A stretch of DNA of 63,848 bases, filler included, from Octopus bimaculoides (taxonomy: Eukaryota), in NCBI RefSeq assembly GCF_001194135.2. It is 10 parts of 9 records of this genome, joined end to end, with 100 filler letters (N's around TTAATTAATTAA, not from the genome) between each part and the next. Parts side by side here need not be neighbours in the genome. Positions count along the whole stretch, not along the records: positions 9,967 to 21,480 come from NC_068982.1; positions 21,581 to 41,655 come from NC_068994.1; 8 more parts are not named here. One strand, written 5' to 3'. The notes under the pieces are model-generated. The model saw nothing but the letters and a program-made list of their open reading frames with translations. It did not search any database and was not told the origin of the DNA. The position numbers and the translations under genes are program-made. Positions 13,300 to 27,127 of this stretch are shown piece by piece (the stretch's first letter is position 1; each line of letters opens with the position of its first letter).

Positions 13300-14450
13300 C
13301 AAAGGAGTGCACGAATTCATGTGAATTTGCCGGAAATATGAATGGTTCCTTGACATGCGCTATGATTTTGTGGTGCTAAATTCTGTACGACTCTATTCAA
13401 GCTTGTTGGTTGAGGTTAGGCGTTTCCTTCAAATTCTAAGAAATTTAAACAGGGAAGTAACAATTCAGTAAAAAGGCAGGTAATTTTTCTGAGATCATCC
13501 TTAAATTGAAGGAAAAACAAGGGAAGATCATGAAATAAGATATTTTGTGTGTTAGGAGAATGATGCAGTTTCTTAGAGCGGTGTAGCGGTGATTCGAGAC
13601 CTAACCGCTAGATAGTCGGTTAGACACTACGAGTAAACCACCATAATTTCACGGGATTGGTTTATAAATCGACTAATCAGCGTTAGGCTGTGGCGTGATA
13701 GTGTTTTCTTGAATGTTCTTAAATTTGGATTGTGGTCCCCTGTAAAAACCGTTTGGCGCATAGCTTAGAGCGCAGATCGCCTCGGAGATATGCGCAGATG
13801 GCTTTCTGTATTTTAAACTGACGGCATGTTGTCACACGAATAACTTTCTATAATTTCAAAGCTATTAGTTTTGGGTGTATAACAATCGTGGACCTGTAGT
13901 AAGTAACTGTTTAGTGATTGTCCCAAGCTGTGTTGCATTTGACGCACTATACTTTCTGTGGAGGAGAGATGAGAACAATGTGTTGAAATGAAGTCTTTTC
14001 TGAATTCACGGCTATTTTCAAATCTATGCATAAGATCCCCTCTAGCTTGGCTATATGAATCCTTTTTGAATGCAGCTTGACAGTGGTGCAAATAGGTGAA
14101 TGATCTGTATCACAAACTGCACTGTGATATGTCCTAGTAAGTCAAATCTTTTGCGCTAATACATCACTAAGGTCTGAGGCTAGTCTTTCATAGATTCAAA
14201 ATAATTATTGGTAGTCTAAGGGACTTGATACAGCTTTCTTACAATCTGCATCAACATTCCTTTCTCAATATTATCCTTTCCCACAGTTAAGGCGATTTCC
14301 CGAAACTTACGGTCAGCAAAGTTTAGCGCTATTTCCCCTCCACAGCCCGATACATGAAGCAGGTGCCTATGCTTTATCCATCCCAGATGTTTATCCGAAC
14401 TGAAGATGTTTCGCCAGAACATGAGACTTGGGTTGCTGCCAATACTCCAT
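13300..14450 (-). pseudogene. Highly decayed RTE-type LINE fragment (end of APE domain)
   Basis: Minus-strand frame at 14094-14129 reads YHSAVCDTDHSP, then ICTTVKLHSKRIH. This resembles the RTE APE C-terminal motif (RSYHSADCDTDH). Many stops and frameshifts; boundaries approximate. Confidence 0.5.
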
Positions 14451-15692
14451 TAAGTAACTGGAAAAAATTTATAATTCTCATATTAATTGAATTCTTTCAT
14501 TTGCTAAACATTATCCACAAACGAACAGAATATATTTGTATCGGTGAGTGTGTCGTGTTTGTGTATATGTATGTATGCACGAGCGCATGCGTGTTGATGG
14601 CATGACGGTGTGATCTGAACTTTTGTGTTTGGTATTAGAGTGGTGCAGTATGAGCAAACATGATGTTGTGATAGTATAATTATGTGGCCAGGGATCACTG
14701 CGGTTGTATGGTGTTGAAGTGCTAACGTAGTGAGGACTAGTTAGTTGTCAAGATGCATTTGTTCACGAAGGTTCTTTGTGTAGACCAAATACGATGTCTG
14801 TGAGATTTCTTAATGTGTTTATATGCTAATGAAATTGATGTTAGAAGGGGTTGGGGGTCGTTGTGGTGTGATAGTGTTGGTATTTGGGATTTTAACGTCA
14901 GTACTGATGGTCATGTTGATGATGATGATGTTGAAGGTGAGGTTGATGATGATGATGGTGGTGGTGACGATGCTGGTGGTGGTTTTGTAAGTGATGTTCG
15001 TGTTACTGATGGTGGTGGTGGTGGTGGTGGCGATGGGGATGGTGNNNNNNNNNNNNNNNNNNNNNNNNNNNNNNNNNNNNNNNNNNNNNNNNNNNNNNNN
15101 NNNNNNNNNNNNNNNNNNNNNNNNNNNNNNNNNNNNNNNNNNNNNNNNNNNNNNNNNNNNNNNNNNNNNNNNNNNNNNNNNNNNNNNNNNNNNNNNNNNN
15201 NNNNNNNNNNNNNNNNNNNNGGGGGGGGATGATGGTGGTGGTGATGGTGGTGGTGATGATTATGATATTGGTGATGCTGGGAGTGGTGACTGCATTGATG
15301 GGAGTGATGGCGATGGTGGGAGAGGTGGAAGTGATACTGGTGATGACAGTGTTGTTTGTGTTGATGGGGGTAATACAGGCGGTGGTGGTGGCGGTGGGTA
15401 ATGGGGCCGTAGATGTGATGGTTGTGATGATGGTAGTGGTGGTGAGAGTTATGATGATGATGATAATGATGATGATGATGATGATGTAATTAAGATAATG
15501 TAGCAGAACCGCAACAACAACAACAATTGCAGTCCAATTACTATAAATACAGCAGCCACAGCAACAATATTGTTTTTCTGAAAAAAAAAAAAAAAAGGAA
15601 CTGATCCCTTGAGAATTACAAAAATTATTCTAGAAACTAAATGATGNNNNNNNNNNGATGATGATTACGACGACGACGACAATGTAAGAATT

Positions 15693-15724
<32 letters not shown>

Positions 15725-17269
15725 CAGCTACAATGACAACATCAAGAGAATCGGAACAACAATAAGACTCTCACAACACCAATACCAACAACAAAATTAC
15801 AAAAACAACAACAAACATAAAGTTTTTTTTTCCTCCGCTCAATCTGCGCTGATCAGGTGGACTGGGAGACTGCTTCCATCTCTGGATATAGATTGTGTTT
15901 TATTGAGATTTTATTAACTTTTCCAAGACGCATTTTATTTTGGAATGTAAATATTCCTTGGGGATGTATTGATGTTGTACTATTTTAGGCGCACGTGCAC
16001 ACACACACACGCACTCACGCGTACACTCGCGCACAATCGCAGACACACATACGTATACACACTTATACATGTCTTGACGGATATATTCAAGCAGGCACAC
16101 ACACACGCGTAAGTACTTATAGATACGTATTTACATACATTTACAAGTGCACAGGAATGCTCACGCAAATGCATATCATACATACACGTGTATATATTCA
16201 CGCATACACACATATGCTTGTACGTACACTAGCACACACATATACACACACAACCTTATCTCCTTATTAATCTATGTATCCGCCTGTCCTCCGTCCCACT
16301 TCTCTCTCTCTCTCTCTCTGATATATCTATATATGTAGGTATGTATGTGTGTGTGTGTATGTATATATATATATATATATATACACACACATATATATAN
16401 NNNNNNNNNNNNNNNNNNNNNNNNNNNNNNNNNNNNNNNNNNNNNNNNNNNNNNNNNNNNNNNNNNNNNNNNNNNNNNNNNNNNNNNNNNNNNNNNNNNN
16501 NNNNNNNNNNNNNNNNNNNNNNNNNNNNNNNNNNNNNNNNNNNNNNNNNNNNNNNNNNNNNNNNNNNNNNNNNNNNNNNNNNNNNNNNNNNNNNNNNNNN
16601 NNNNNNNNNNNNNNNNNNNNNNNNNNNNNNNNNNNNNNNNNNNNNNNNNNNNNNNNNNNNNNNNNNNNNNNNNNNNNNNNNNNNNNNNNNNNNNNNNNNN
16701 NNNNNNNNNNNNNNNNNNNNNNNNNNNNNNNNNNNNNNNNNNNNNNNNNNNNNNNNNNNNNNNNNNNNNNNNNNTATATATATATTAAGCATACATATAT
16801 ATATATATGCATATTCATTTATATATATGTGTGTGTGTATGTGTGTATACACACATTGCTATCTATCTATGTCTCTCTGTCTAACCAGCTATCTATACAA
16901 TATCTATCTATGTACCCTATTATTTATTTCCTTAGTTCCTAATAGTTTTCCATATTTACTTTTCTGCGTATCGTAATCAGAGCCACCACCCTACATACCA
17001 CCATCACCACTACCACCAAGACCACCACCACAATCACCACTACCACCACTACCACCACTACAATAATCAAGACGGTCAAGACCACCATTACCAGAACCAC
17101 ACCCTACCGCCACTAACACAAACATCACCACCATATCCACTACAACTCGATCACCGCCAACACCAACCAGTCACTTCTGTTGCCGACTCCAACCACAATG
17201 AGAACAACGTTACACCACCATAGCCACACCCACAGCAGCCATTACTACAACCACCACCACCACCACTGA

Positions 17270-17857
17270 AAGTACAACAACTACAAGGTATCACCAAAAT
17301 CACTACAGCTCACCAACCATCAAGAAGATACCAACACCACCAAAAATCACATCAGCCATCAAAAGGTGCCACTAAAGCCACCACAGCTGACCAACCATCA
17401 GGAAGGTACCAGCACCACCAAAACTAATATCAACCGTCAAAAGGTACCACCAACGCCACCACAGCCAACCAGCCACCAAGAAGGCACCAGTACCACAAAA
17501 AATAACATCAACCATCAAAAGGCACCACCAAAGCAACAACAGCCGACCAACCATCAAGAAGGTACCAGCACCACCAAAAATTACATCAACCATCACAAGG
17601 TACCATCACAGACATCACTACTAACTACTATTTATCAAAGCGTACCACCACCATTTCAACAATCACAAGGTAGTACCGCCGAATCTCCAGCCACTAGAAA
17701 ATACCACCACATCACCATCAGAACCACTACCACTACCACACCAGCACCACGATCACTATCACCACTACTATCATCAACATCATTACTACCACGGCCACCT
17801 CCACCACCACCACCGCTACCACCGTCATCACCACCACAAGGTACCTCTGCATTATAG
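17270..17857 (+). repeat. Minisatellite: ~4 x 78-bp unit (two 39-bp halves) in C/A-rich low-complexity sequence
   Basis: CAACCATCAGGAAGGTACCAGCACCACCAAAA alternates with CAACCGTCAAAAGGTACCACC from ~17312 to ~17610. One frame stays open (TNHQEGTSTTK repeats). Confidence 0.8.
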
Positions 17858-19851
17858 CGTTTACCTCATGTCTTCAGCCTTAAAATAAATATCTATTCTG
17901 ATCATATGATTTTACTTCTTTCGAAGTAATCGTATGAGAAGACAGCATNNNNNNNNNNNNNNNNNNNNNNNNNNNNNNNNNNNNNNNNNNNNNNNNNNNN
18001 NNNNNNNNNNNNNNNNNNNNNNNNNNNNNNNNNNNNNNNNNNNNNNNNNNNNNNNNNNNNNNNNNNNNNNNNNNNNNNNNNNNNNNNNNNNNNNNNNNNN
18101 NNNNNNNNNNNNNNNNNNNNNNNNNNNNNNNNNNNNNNNNNNNNNNNNNNNNNNNNNNNNNNNNNNNNNNNNNNNNNNNNNNNNNNNNNNNNNNNNNNNN
18201 NNNNNNNNNNNNNNNNNNNNNNNNNNNNNNNNNNNNNNNNNNNNNNNNNNNNNNNNNNNNNNNNNNNNNNNNNNNNNNNNNNNNNNNNNNNNNNNNNNNN
18301 NNNNNNNNNNNNNNNNNNNNNNNNNNNNNNNNNNNNNNNNNNNNNNNNNNNNNNNNNNNNNNNNNNNNNNNNNNNNNNNNNNNNNNNNNNNNNNNNNNNN
18401 NNNNNNNNNNNNNNNNNNNNNNNNNNNNNNNNNNNNNNNNNNNNNNNNNNNNNNNNNNNNNNNNNNNNNNNNNNNNNNNNNNNNNNNNNNNNNNNNNNNN
18501 NNNNNNNNNNNNNNNNNNNNNNNNNNNNNNNNNNNNNNNNNNNNNNNNNNNNNNNNNNNNNNNNNNNNNNNNNNNNNNNNNNNNNNNNNNNNNNNNNNNN
18601 NNNNNNNNNNNNNNNNNNNNNNNNNNNNNNNNNNNNNNNNATATATATATATATATATATATAACGTATATATATATGCTCACATACACAGTCACATATT
18701 ATCTCTACACTGTCATACCACCACCATATTCTTACACACACATTCGCATACACCAAAGTGCTTTCTATACAGCAACTTTTATATATGCATTCATGGTGTG
18801 TATAGCTATGGGCTAGTGTCATTGTTTCTGATTCTTACCTTGTATTCTAACTGGTGTATATATATTGTTTACTGTTCTAAATATACACGTACATAGCGAT
18901 ATACATGTATATACAGGCTTTATGTCTTTGGGGTGGTTTCCATACTTATGTCTCAGTTTGCTGAATTCTTTTGTTTTTATAAATATTTCTCGGATTTCTT
19001 CCGATGTAAATGTCTTTCTGGAAGTGCATCTTCATATGTTTTTACTATATACACTTTTCTGGGTTTGCTATACATAGGTCTTATATATATTCTGTGTCTA
19101 TATTTATAATCCCTACTGTTACATGTGATAGCCAGAATGTTTATTTAGCTGTTTTCTTTAGAGGAGAACACTGTCAAAGTTACATTGCTTTGTTATAATA
19201 AACACTGTCTTTGTTTTTGTTTTTGTTTTAAAGTGTCTCTATGTGTGTAGAAACATGTATATTTTTATGTGTTTATCTACGTCTTCCCTGCTTAGATTTT
19301 GCGGAATATTTCTGCTGAGGCTTTACTAGATCAGTAAATGTGAAACAATAAAATTCAATGTTTTCTGCATTTTATACCGAAGTATTTTCGACTGTTATTA
19401 TCTGAAGGTCCAGTTTCCACTGTCATTAAGGTGTTGGTTCTTTTACCCAGGGTCATTGAAATTACTTCCATTTTGCTATTAATTGTTTACCTGTTCATTT
19501 ACTAGTCTTATTATCCAAGCCTTCATTTTCTATTTTGTTATCTAGGACTTCATTACGGGTTCATATTCCAGCATTTTTGTCTACGGTTTCGTTTCCCCAA
19601 TGTTATTATCTACGGGTTCATTTTCCCCTTATCTATGGGTTCATTTCGCAGTATTTTTTATCTACAGCAGTGGTTCTTTACCGAGATCCATATAAGTTTT
19701 TGTTGTTGAAATAATATTTAATTATAAAACTATAACAGGATTTTTTTACCATCAAATGTCTAGAAAGGCCCATCCGAAAAAATAAGATTTAAAGAGGTCT
19801 ATAGGTGAAAAAAATGGTTGAGAAACGCTTATCTTGGGCTTCGTTTCTTTA

Positions 19852-19928
<77 letters not shown>

Positions 19929-20368
19929 CATTATTATTAATGTGTTCACTTTGCAGTGATATTATCAACAGATTTATTTCATAGTTCTCTGCAATTATGG
20001 CTATACATTGAAGATATTGTCCTTGTTGCTGTTAAGCAATTTATCATCCGTGATCAAACAGACTTGTGGCCATAAATATTCCATTCCATCTTTTTTTTTA
20101 ATGTATTCCAGACTAATCTGTCCAATCTGTTCCTTTTCTGAGTCGAATTTGGCTGCGACATCTTGTTAGAGGAGCGATCACACTAGCACTCCTTGTTTGC
20201 TCTGTGTGTGCTCTTGAAAATAACCTCCTGTTCAGAGTGTATTGAATCCTAAAGATGAAAATATACTCCCGGTATAATGTATAAATTGTACATAGATGTA
20301 TTGTGTTTGGATGTCCAAAGAGGAGTATAAATGCGATGATGTACACCATCTATAATGTATCGTACATT

Positions 20369-20432
20369 AACAAGGAGTATGTATAAACAAGGAGTATGTA
20401 TAAACAAGGAGTATGTATAAACAAGGAGTATA
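20369..20432. repeat. 17-bp tandem repeat x ~3.8 (AACAAGGAGTATGTATA)
   Basis: Read directly. A second 16-17-bp tandem (TGCCTTAAAATATCAT x3) lies at 20609-20658. Confidence 0.9.
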
Positions 20433-21449
20433 GCATGTGTAACATGCCTGAGTATGGTACACATGCTATACACCTCGGTTTATGTAAATAGTTCACACAG
20501 CAAATCTATATAAGATATTCAAACCTGAACGTAAACAAAATACGTAAACATAATACGATGTGGTATTTGTTCCTTGTCCCAGATGTTTGCTGTCCAAAAT
20601 TGCAATTATGCCTTAAAATATCATTGCCTTAAAATATCATGCCTTAAAATATCATTGCTCTGTACGTATGGACATGCACACGGCATGTCTAAGTAAAGCG
20701 AACGCTCTATACTCCAGTTACTAAACTCTACAATTTGGGGAAGTGTATTCTTGATAGCAAAACCAATATCGTGTTCAAAAGTTTCATATTCCGTCTTGCT
20801 TTGCCAAATTCATATAACATTCTCTTTCTCTTTTTCTGTCCCTCTCATTCTACATCTATATATACATAAATATATTTTATAAATGTGTCCGTGTGTGTGT
20901 GTGTACTTATAAAGTCAGTTGAGGTCTGGTAAGCCTTGAGTTTAAAGTCACGGTTAGCTTTTCTTTGTAACGATTACTAAATATGTACTCTACGAATAAA
21001 GTATTGAATAACCCTTCAGTTTAATGTTAAGTCGTTTTTATATATAATTTCATTTAGAAACAAACATTAAGATAGATAGATACATACATACATACATACA
21101 TACATACATAATACATACATACATACGTACATACATATGTACAACCATAATCATACACACACATAGACACACAAAATATATGTATATAGATGTATGTATA
21201 TGTGTGGGTGGGCGTGCATGTGTGCGTGTGGGCGATACTTAAACAATCTCTTTCCCTAACTCCTTGTAATTCTCCTCGCCCACTTATCTGTGTATCGTAA
21301 TTAGATTAATTATATTGCTAGTCATTGTATTGTCGATAAATTGTGTTTATGACAGCTTCACTCAGGTAAAACCTTTCAATATATTAAATTATATGTAAAG
21401 TTCATAAATTTGCGTAAATTTCAATGTCGGGCGGAGACAGGAACACTGC

Positions 21450-21480
<31 letters not shown>

Positions 21481-21875
21481 NNNNNNNNNNNNNNNNNNNN
21501 NNNNNNNNNNNNNNNNNNNNNNNNTTAATTAATTAANNNNNNNNNNNNNNNNNNNNNNNNNNNNNNNNNNNNNNNNNNNNGTCTGCCAAGTTTATTGTTC
21601 CGAAAGATGATTCATAACTATTCTCTTTATTATGTTCAATAACGTGCTTAATTGTACTACAGACATCTGTTTGATCAAAGTCTACAATTTTTAATTATTC
21701 ATTGATTCATTATCTGTGACATTTCCCCCTCCCCTCTCTCTCAATCTCTCGCTCTCACACACACTCACATAGATACACACACATACATATGTACGCATGT
21801 ATAGATATATCGGTACATTCCTACCTATTACATACATACATATATAGAAATATATATATATATACACACACACAA

Positions 21876-21916
<41 letters not shown>

Positions 21917-22073
21917 CGCGCGCGCACACTCACACGCACACACACACCCACATACACACACACATGCACGCCACGCACACACGCAAATATTTGTTGAGGA
22001 GAACAAAGTCTAGATTCGATTGTTTAATACTAGTTACATGATTGAGAAATGAAGTGACAGTGGAACAGGAAAG

Positions 22074-22118
<45 letters not shown>

Positions 22119-23305
22119 AAGAGAGAGAGAGAGACAATGTAATCTCTCAGCATCCTTTCCGGTCATCAGCCTTATGCTACCCAACTCCCTACCCGTTCAA
22201 AACGCGTATGTACACGTACAAACCGATACACACATACACACATACACAAGTATAAACGTGTGAGTGTATGTGTGTTTATGCGTTTGTTTACGAAGAATAG
22301 GCAAACCATGGGTGGAATGAGCAGTGCAACATCAAGGGGCGGCCACAGAAGAAGAGAGTGAACAATATAAGCGGTTGACGACCAAGGAAAATAGTTGATG
22401 CAAGCTGCTTTTCTTCTCATGCACTTTCGTCATTAATTACCAATAGATTTTGATTGACTGATGTGTGTTTGTATTCATGTGTGCGAACGTGTACGTGTGT
22501 CTTTATATGTTATTTGCAAATTTGAAAGTGTTTACGTCAGAGCTTAATATTTTTCTTAATGAATTCATTATATATTTGAAATCAAAGTCGAATTTAAACG
22601 AGCTAATCAATAATTATATGTGTCGTGTTTGTCCATTTATGATTTCAAAGTCGTTTGTATGATAGTGGTAATAGTTGCGTCTTTGAGGTTAGCTTCAGCG
22701 CCGATTAGAATCGATGTCGGGCATAATATTTTTCAGGGGATTCATCAATAGTAATCTTTTCCTTTTAAATCCTCGATTGAAAATAAAACACATTTCTATA
22801 TTATGAGCGTTATGACATTGTTCTGTATGAAATTGTTAATAAACATATCCATGAAAAGTTTTCCGCATTCAGTGATTGTTGCGTTATAATAATTACATAA
22901 GTATTATACGGTGTCTCATAATATTGGGACACATTTTAAACGCAAGTAACTACCATATTTCCGGCATACAAATCAGATATTTCAGACCAAAGCTTACATC
23001 CAAAACTGGTGGTCGATTTATACACCAAGACGACTTTGGAGTACCAAAAATTTCATGTAAAATGCAATAGGAATTGGAAAGATAGCCAATCAAAGATCAG
23101 AAATCTGTTAGCCATTTGGTTTATATAAACAGAATTTGAAGCTGTTTTCCTTCTTATGTCTATTAACCCTTGAGATTTACAAGACATTACGACTGTCAGA
23201 TCCTTTTTCTAGCAGTATTTCAACCCTCTTTCTGTTATTTTGCCAAAGGCACGTTTTTAGTTGAATGAAGTACCAAATAGCGATAGCTCTTTGTAAAGTT
23301 AGATA

Positions 23306-23514
23306 TCGTATTTTCTGGCATACAAGTCGAATTTTTCAGACCAGAATTTACAACCAACAAAGAAAAAGAAAAGGTAGTCGACTAAGACAATTTTGGAGGA
23401 CCAAAAGTTCCATATGAAATACAATAGAATTTGTAAAGATAGTGACAATATTTGAGTGGTCACACTATGTGTTTATTCTACATACTATGCCGACTTTTAA
23501 GCCGAAAAATACGG
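23306..23514. mobile_element. Tc1/pogo-superfamily MITE with TA target duplication
   Basis: TA|TCGTATTTTCTGGCATACAAGTCG ... CGACTTTTAAGCCGAAAAATACGG|TA. A second copy of the left ~140 bp lies at 22953-23095. Confidence 0.65.
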
Positions 23515-23919
23515 TAGGATTGGAACTAGCATGGGTTAGTGTTCACAGTCTTATAAATTACAAACGAAAGGTGCCCTAACATTGTGAGACACCTTGTATA
23601 TAAAGATAGAATGACACAATTCATTGATATGCCTATCACTGATACGAATGTCAATAAAAATAGTTTTCCTGGATTCAAGAGGCTTGTGTTATTATAATAA
23701 TTATGTTGAAACAAATAACAAGATATACGTGAATAGAATGAGTGACTTGTATTATTATCAATGTATTATTGGCTCTAATATTACCTTAGTATTATAGTCC
23801 ATTGTACATTAGTTATAATACATGTCCTTTTTAATAATACGCACATTGATACATACATACGCTCCATAATCAGTGAGTCAGTAAAAGTCAACTGTATCGG
23901 GATAATAATTCTTTTTGGT

Positions 23920-24354
23920 TTTGGCACAGGCCACCAGTTTTGAGGGGTGGGTGTTCATTGATTACATCTACCCTAGTACTCGACTGGTACATATTTCAAC
24001 GACTCTGAAACGAGGAAAGTCGATCTCGGTGGGATTTGAACTCAGAACGTAAAGGCAGACGATATATCACTAAGCATTTTGTCTGGCAAAATAACAGATC
24101 TGCCAACTCACTGCCTTTAAAATGACAACGACAAAAACAATAATAACAATAATTCTTTTTACTTTAGCCACAAGGACTGAAATTCAGTGGGAGTAGGTTC
24201 GACTTCAGTGCACAACTGGTTCTTATTCTATCAACCCCGAAAAGATAAAAGGCTAAATGGAGTACAGGAAGATTTAAACTCAGAACGTAAAAACCGGAGG
24301 AAATGCCGCTAAACATTTTCTCCGACTCAGTAACCATTCTGCCAGCTCACCGCT
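23920..24354 (-). mobile_element. Two tandem tRNA-derived SINE copies (family C)
   Basis: Both carry the plus-strand core GATTTGAACTCAGAACGTAAA...AAGCATTTT...TCTGCCARCTCAC; the B box GAGTTCAAATYCC is on the minus strand. Confidence 0.75.
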
Positions 24355-24944
24355 AAGGTTTAAAATTTTGACACAATGCCAGCAATTTCGGGGAAGCTGC
24401 AGTCACCTTTCTTCATTCTACGTAATGCTTGTGCGAAACCATTCCCATTTTGTTTAGAAATAAGAACGGTTACTGTTCTCGTTGTTTGTGCTGATGGCGG
24501 CGGTGATAGTGCTGGTGATGATCGTGATGGTGGTGTTAGGGGCGGTAGTGGAAGTCGAGCTTCTACCATTTTAAATTTTATCCTGCAATGTTCTGCTGCT
24601 GTTGTTGTTGCTGCCAGTGATTTGCCTCTCGACCATAACAGTTAGTGGTGGGAAAATAATGTAATAATGGCTGTTCCAACTGCCATCACTTCACTCGACT
24701 TGAGAATCCATATTGTTCTTTTTTTATTTGAAATATTAAATGTTAATTTTTAAATCTCAAAATTCATCCTTAGAAACCGAAATTTCGCCGAACTAGCTCG
24801 CTGTAAGCAAAGCGAGCTGGCTTATTTAGAAAACAGTTCAGCAAAAATTTGAATATCAACTAATAAAACAACGGATTTCAAAGAAAACTTACGAGCTACG
24901 AACAAGAGTCCTCTCTTTCCCATCACAAATAACAACAATAATCC

Positions 24945-25158
24945 TTTCTTTTTTGGGCCCAAGGCCTGAAATTTGGTAGGAGGGGACTAGTCGATTACAT
25001 TGACCTCCCCCCCCCCACTATTTCTATGGTACTTAATTTATCGACCCCGAATGGATGAAAGGCAAAGTCGACCTCGATGGAATTCGAACTAAGAACGTAA
25101 GGACAGACGAAATTCCGCTAAGCATTTTGCCCGGCGTGCAAACGATTCTGCTATCTAG
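24945..25158 (-). mobile_element. tRNA-derived SINE family C
   Basis: GGTACTTAATTTATCGACCCCGAATGGATGAAAGGCAAAGTCGACCTCG core. Its reverse complement resembles the conserved central domain of Meta-type SINEs (from memory, unverified). Confidence 0.8.
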
Positions 25159-26034
25159 CCGAATAATAATTATAATGATGATGATGATGATGATGATGAT
25201 CATGATCATGATCATGATCATGAATGGAGTACAAATTACTGTTTATGGTTTATTCATGTTATCAGAAGACATCATTCATTCAAGATTAATGAAGAGACAG
25301 CTTATTTGACAAATAAATCAACCGATCTTATGACATCAGATCATATAACATTATTTGATAACGATTTTATTAGAAATAGAGGTACCGACCTCCGCTGAGG
25401 TCAATGAACCTTCAATACATTTCTGAAACAATTACTGAAGGAAAAATTTGGACATACATTTCCGTTTCTTTTTAACTTTCTAATTTTTTTTTATTTAATG
25501 AAACGTAGGTGCTGGTATGGGTGTATGATTAAAATGCTGGTGTTGGGTTCAGTCCTACTTCGCAGTACATTGGCCAAGTGCATTCTATTATAGATCCCGG
25601 CACGATCAATGCTTTGTGAGTGAATCTAGGAAAAGGAAACTGCGTGAAAGCCCCTTGTGTGAGCNNNNNNNNNNNNNNNNNNNNNNNNNNNNNNNNNNNN
25701 NNNNNNNNNNNNNNNNNNNNNNNNNNNNNNNNNNNNNNNNNNNNNNNNNNNNNNNNNNNNNNNNNNNNNNNNNNNNNNNNNNNNNNNNNNNNNNNNNNNN
25801 NNNNNNNNNNNNNNNNNNNNNNNNNNNNNNNNNNNNNNNNNNNNNNNNNNNNNNNNNNNNNNNNNNNNNNNNNNNNNNNNNNNNNNNNNNNNNNNNNNNN
25901 NNNNNNNNNNNNNNNNNNNNNNNNNNNNNNNNNNNNNNNNNNNNNNNNNNNNNNNNNNNNNNNNNNNNNNNNNNNNNNNNNNNNNNNNNNNNNNNNNNNN
26001 NNNNNNNNNNNNNNNNNNNNNNNNNNNTCTTCTT

Positions 26035-26062
<28 letters not shown>

Positions 26063-26100
<38 letters not shown>

Positions 26101-26104
26101 GTTA

Positions 26105-26156
<52 letters not shown>

Positions 26157-26405
26157 CATCATTATTATTGAATGCGAGAGCAGTGCATTTCATCAAAGTG
26201 ACACTGGGGTCAAATATACGAAGCCCAGTATACCCATCATGACTACCCATCTGATAAGGGTACACCAGGCACATGCATCACAACCATATGTGCGTGACAT
26301 GGTGATCTCATATCAAGATAAACAGTGCATGACCTTGCAGGTGGGGTCCAGTTAGAATCTTCTTCAGTTCGAGTAGCCCATCCCGCTCAAAAGGTCCCTG
26401 AATAA
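26063..26405 (-). mobile_element. Non-LTR retroelement 3' tail ending in (TAA)n
   Basis: ~240 bp of non-coding repeat-like sequence running on the minus strand directly into a long (TAA)n tract. Confidence 0.6.
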
Positions 26406-27125
26406 TGATACTGCCCAAGTATTTACAGCCTTCACTAGATTCGGACCATTTAGCTTTGACTTCATTAGCTTCCTCACCCGTCTGATGTACTCATTAGTTT
26501 TCATTTTCATTTCTGTAGTTAGTACTCTGTAAGATTCTAATACTCCTAGATACAACTCTCTCCTCCTTTCAATGATTTTAATGTCTGGCCATCTAGTAAC
26601 TGGTTGCCTTCGCTGTTGACTACCTGTTCCCTTCTCATGACTAATATTGCACACTTATCTATGCCAAATTCTATGCCTATATCTTTGCAGAAGAGTCTTA
26701 CATTCTGTATTAAGGAATCTATCACTTTTTCATTCTTACTAAAAAGCTTCAGATCATCCATGTAGAGCAAATGGTTAATCTTTCCTTTAACATTTCTAAA
26801 CTGATACCCTGCCTTTACCTTCCTTAATACTAAACGGAAGGGGATCAAACATAGAACAAATATTAAAGGGGACAACAAGTCCCCTTGGAAAATTCCTCTT
26901 TTGATATTAACTTCCCCTAAGACTTTCCATTCCTTGATGCTGAAGCTAATTAATTTTGTTATGTTGTCTGCTATACTGAAAATACTCAAACATTCACTCA
27001 GTGTAGGATCATGTCATAGGTTTTCCTATAATCTATCCATGCTATTGTTAGATTTTTATTACTAGCTTTTACTTAATTTAAAACTGCTTTATTTAGAACA
27101 GCTAGAAGAGCATGTATTTTTTTAC
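26400..27125 (-). pseudogene. R4/Dong-like non-LTR reverse transcriptase fragment
   Basis: Motifs AWIDYRKTYDMI, GIFQGDLLSPLIF, INHLLYMDDLKLF, FGIDKC, YLGVLE and SKLNGPNLVKAVNTWAVS are typical of R4-clade (RLE) RTs; frameshifted. Confidence 0.85.
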
Positions 27126-27127
27126 AT

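Noticed and set aside
20054-20161. Short minus-strand ORF MSQPNSTQKRNRLDRLVWNTLKKKMEWNIYGHKSV
   Set aside because: Only 35 codons, no strong splice donor and no recognisable motif.
20369-20432. Short direct repeats as a CRISPR-like array
   Set aside because: Head-to-tail 17-mers with no spacers, in a eukaryotic context.
24794-24819. GC-rich hairpin TAGCTCGCT-GTAAGCAA-AGCGAGCTG as a Helitron 3' end or terminator
   Set aside because: Only 8-9 bp, no CTRR at the expected distance and no supporting element.
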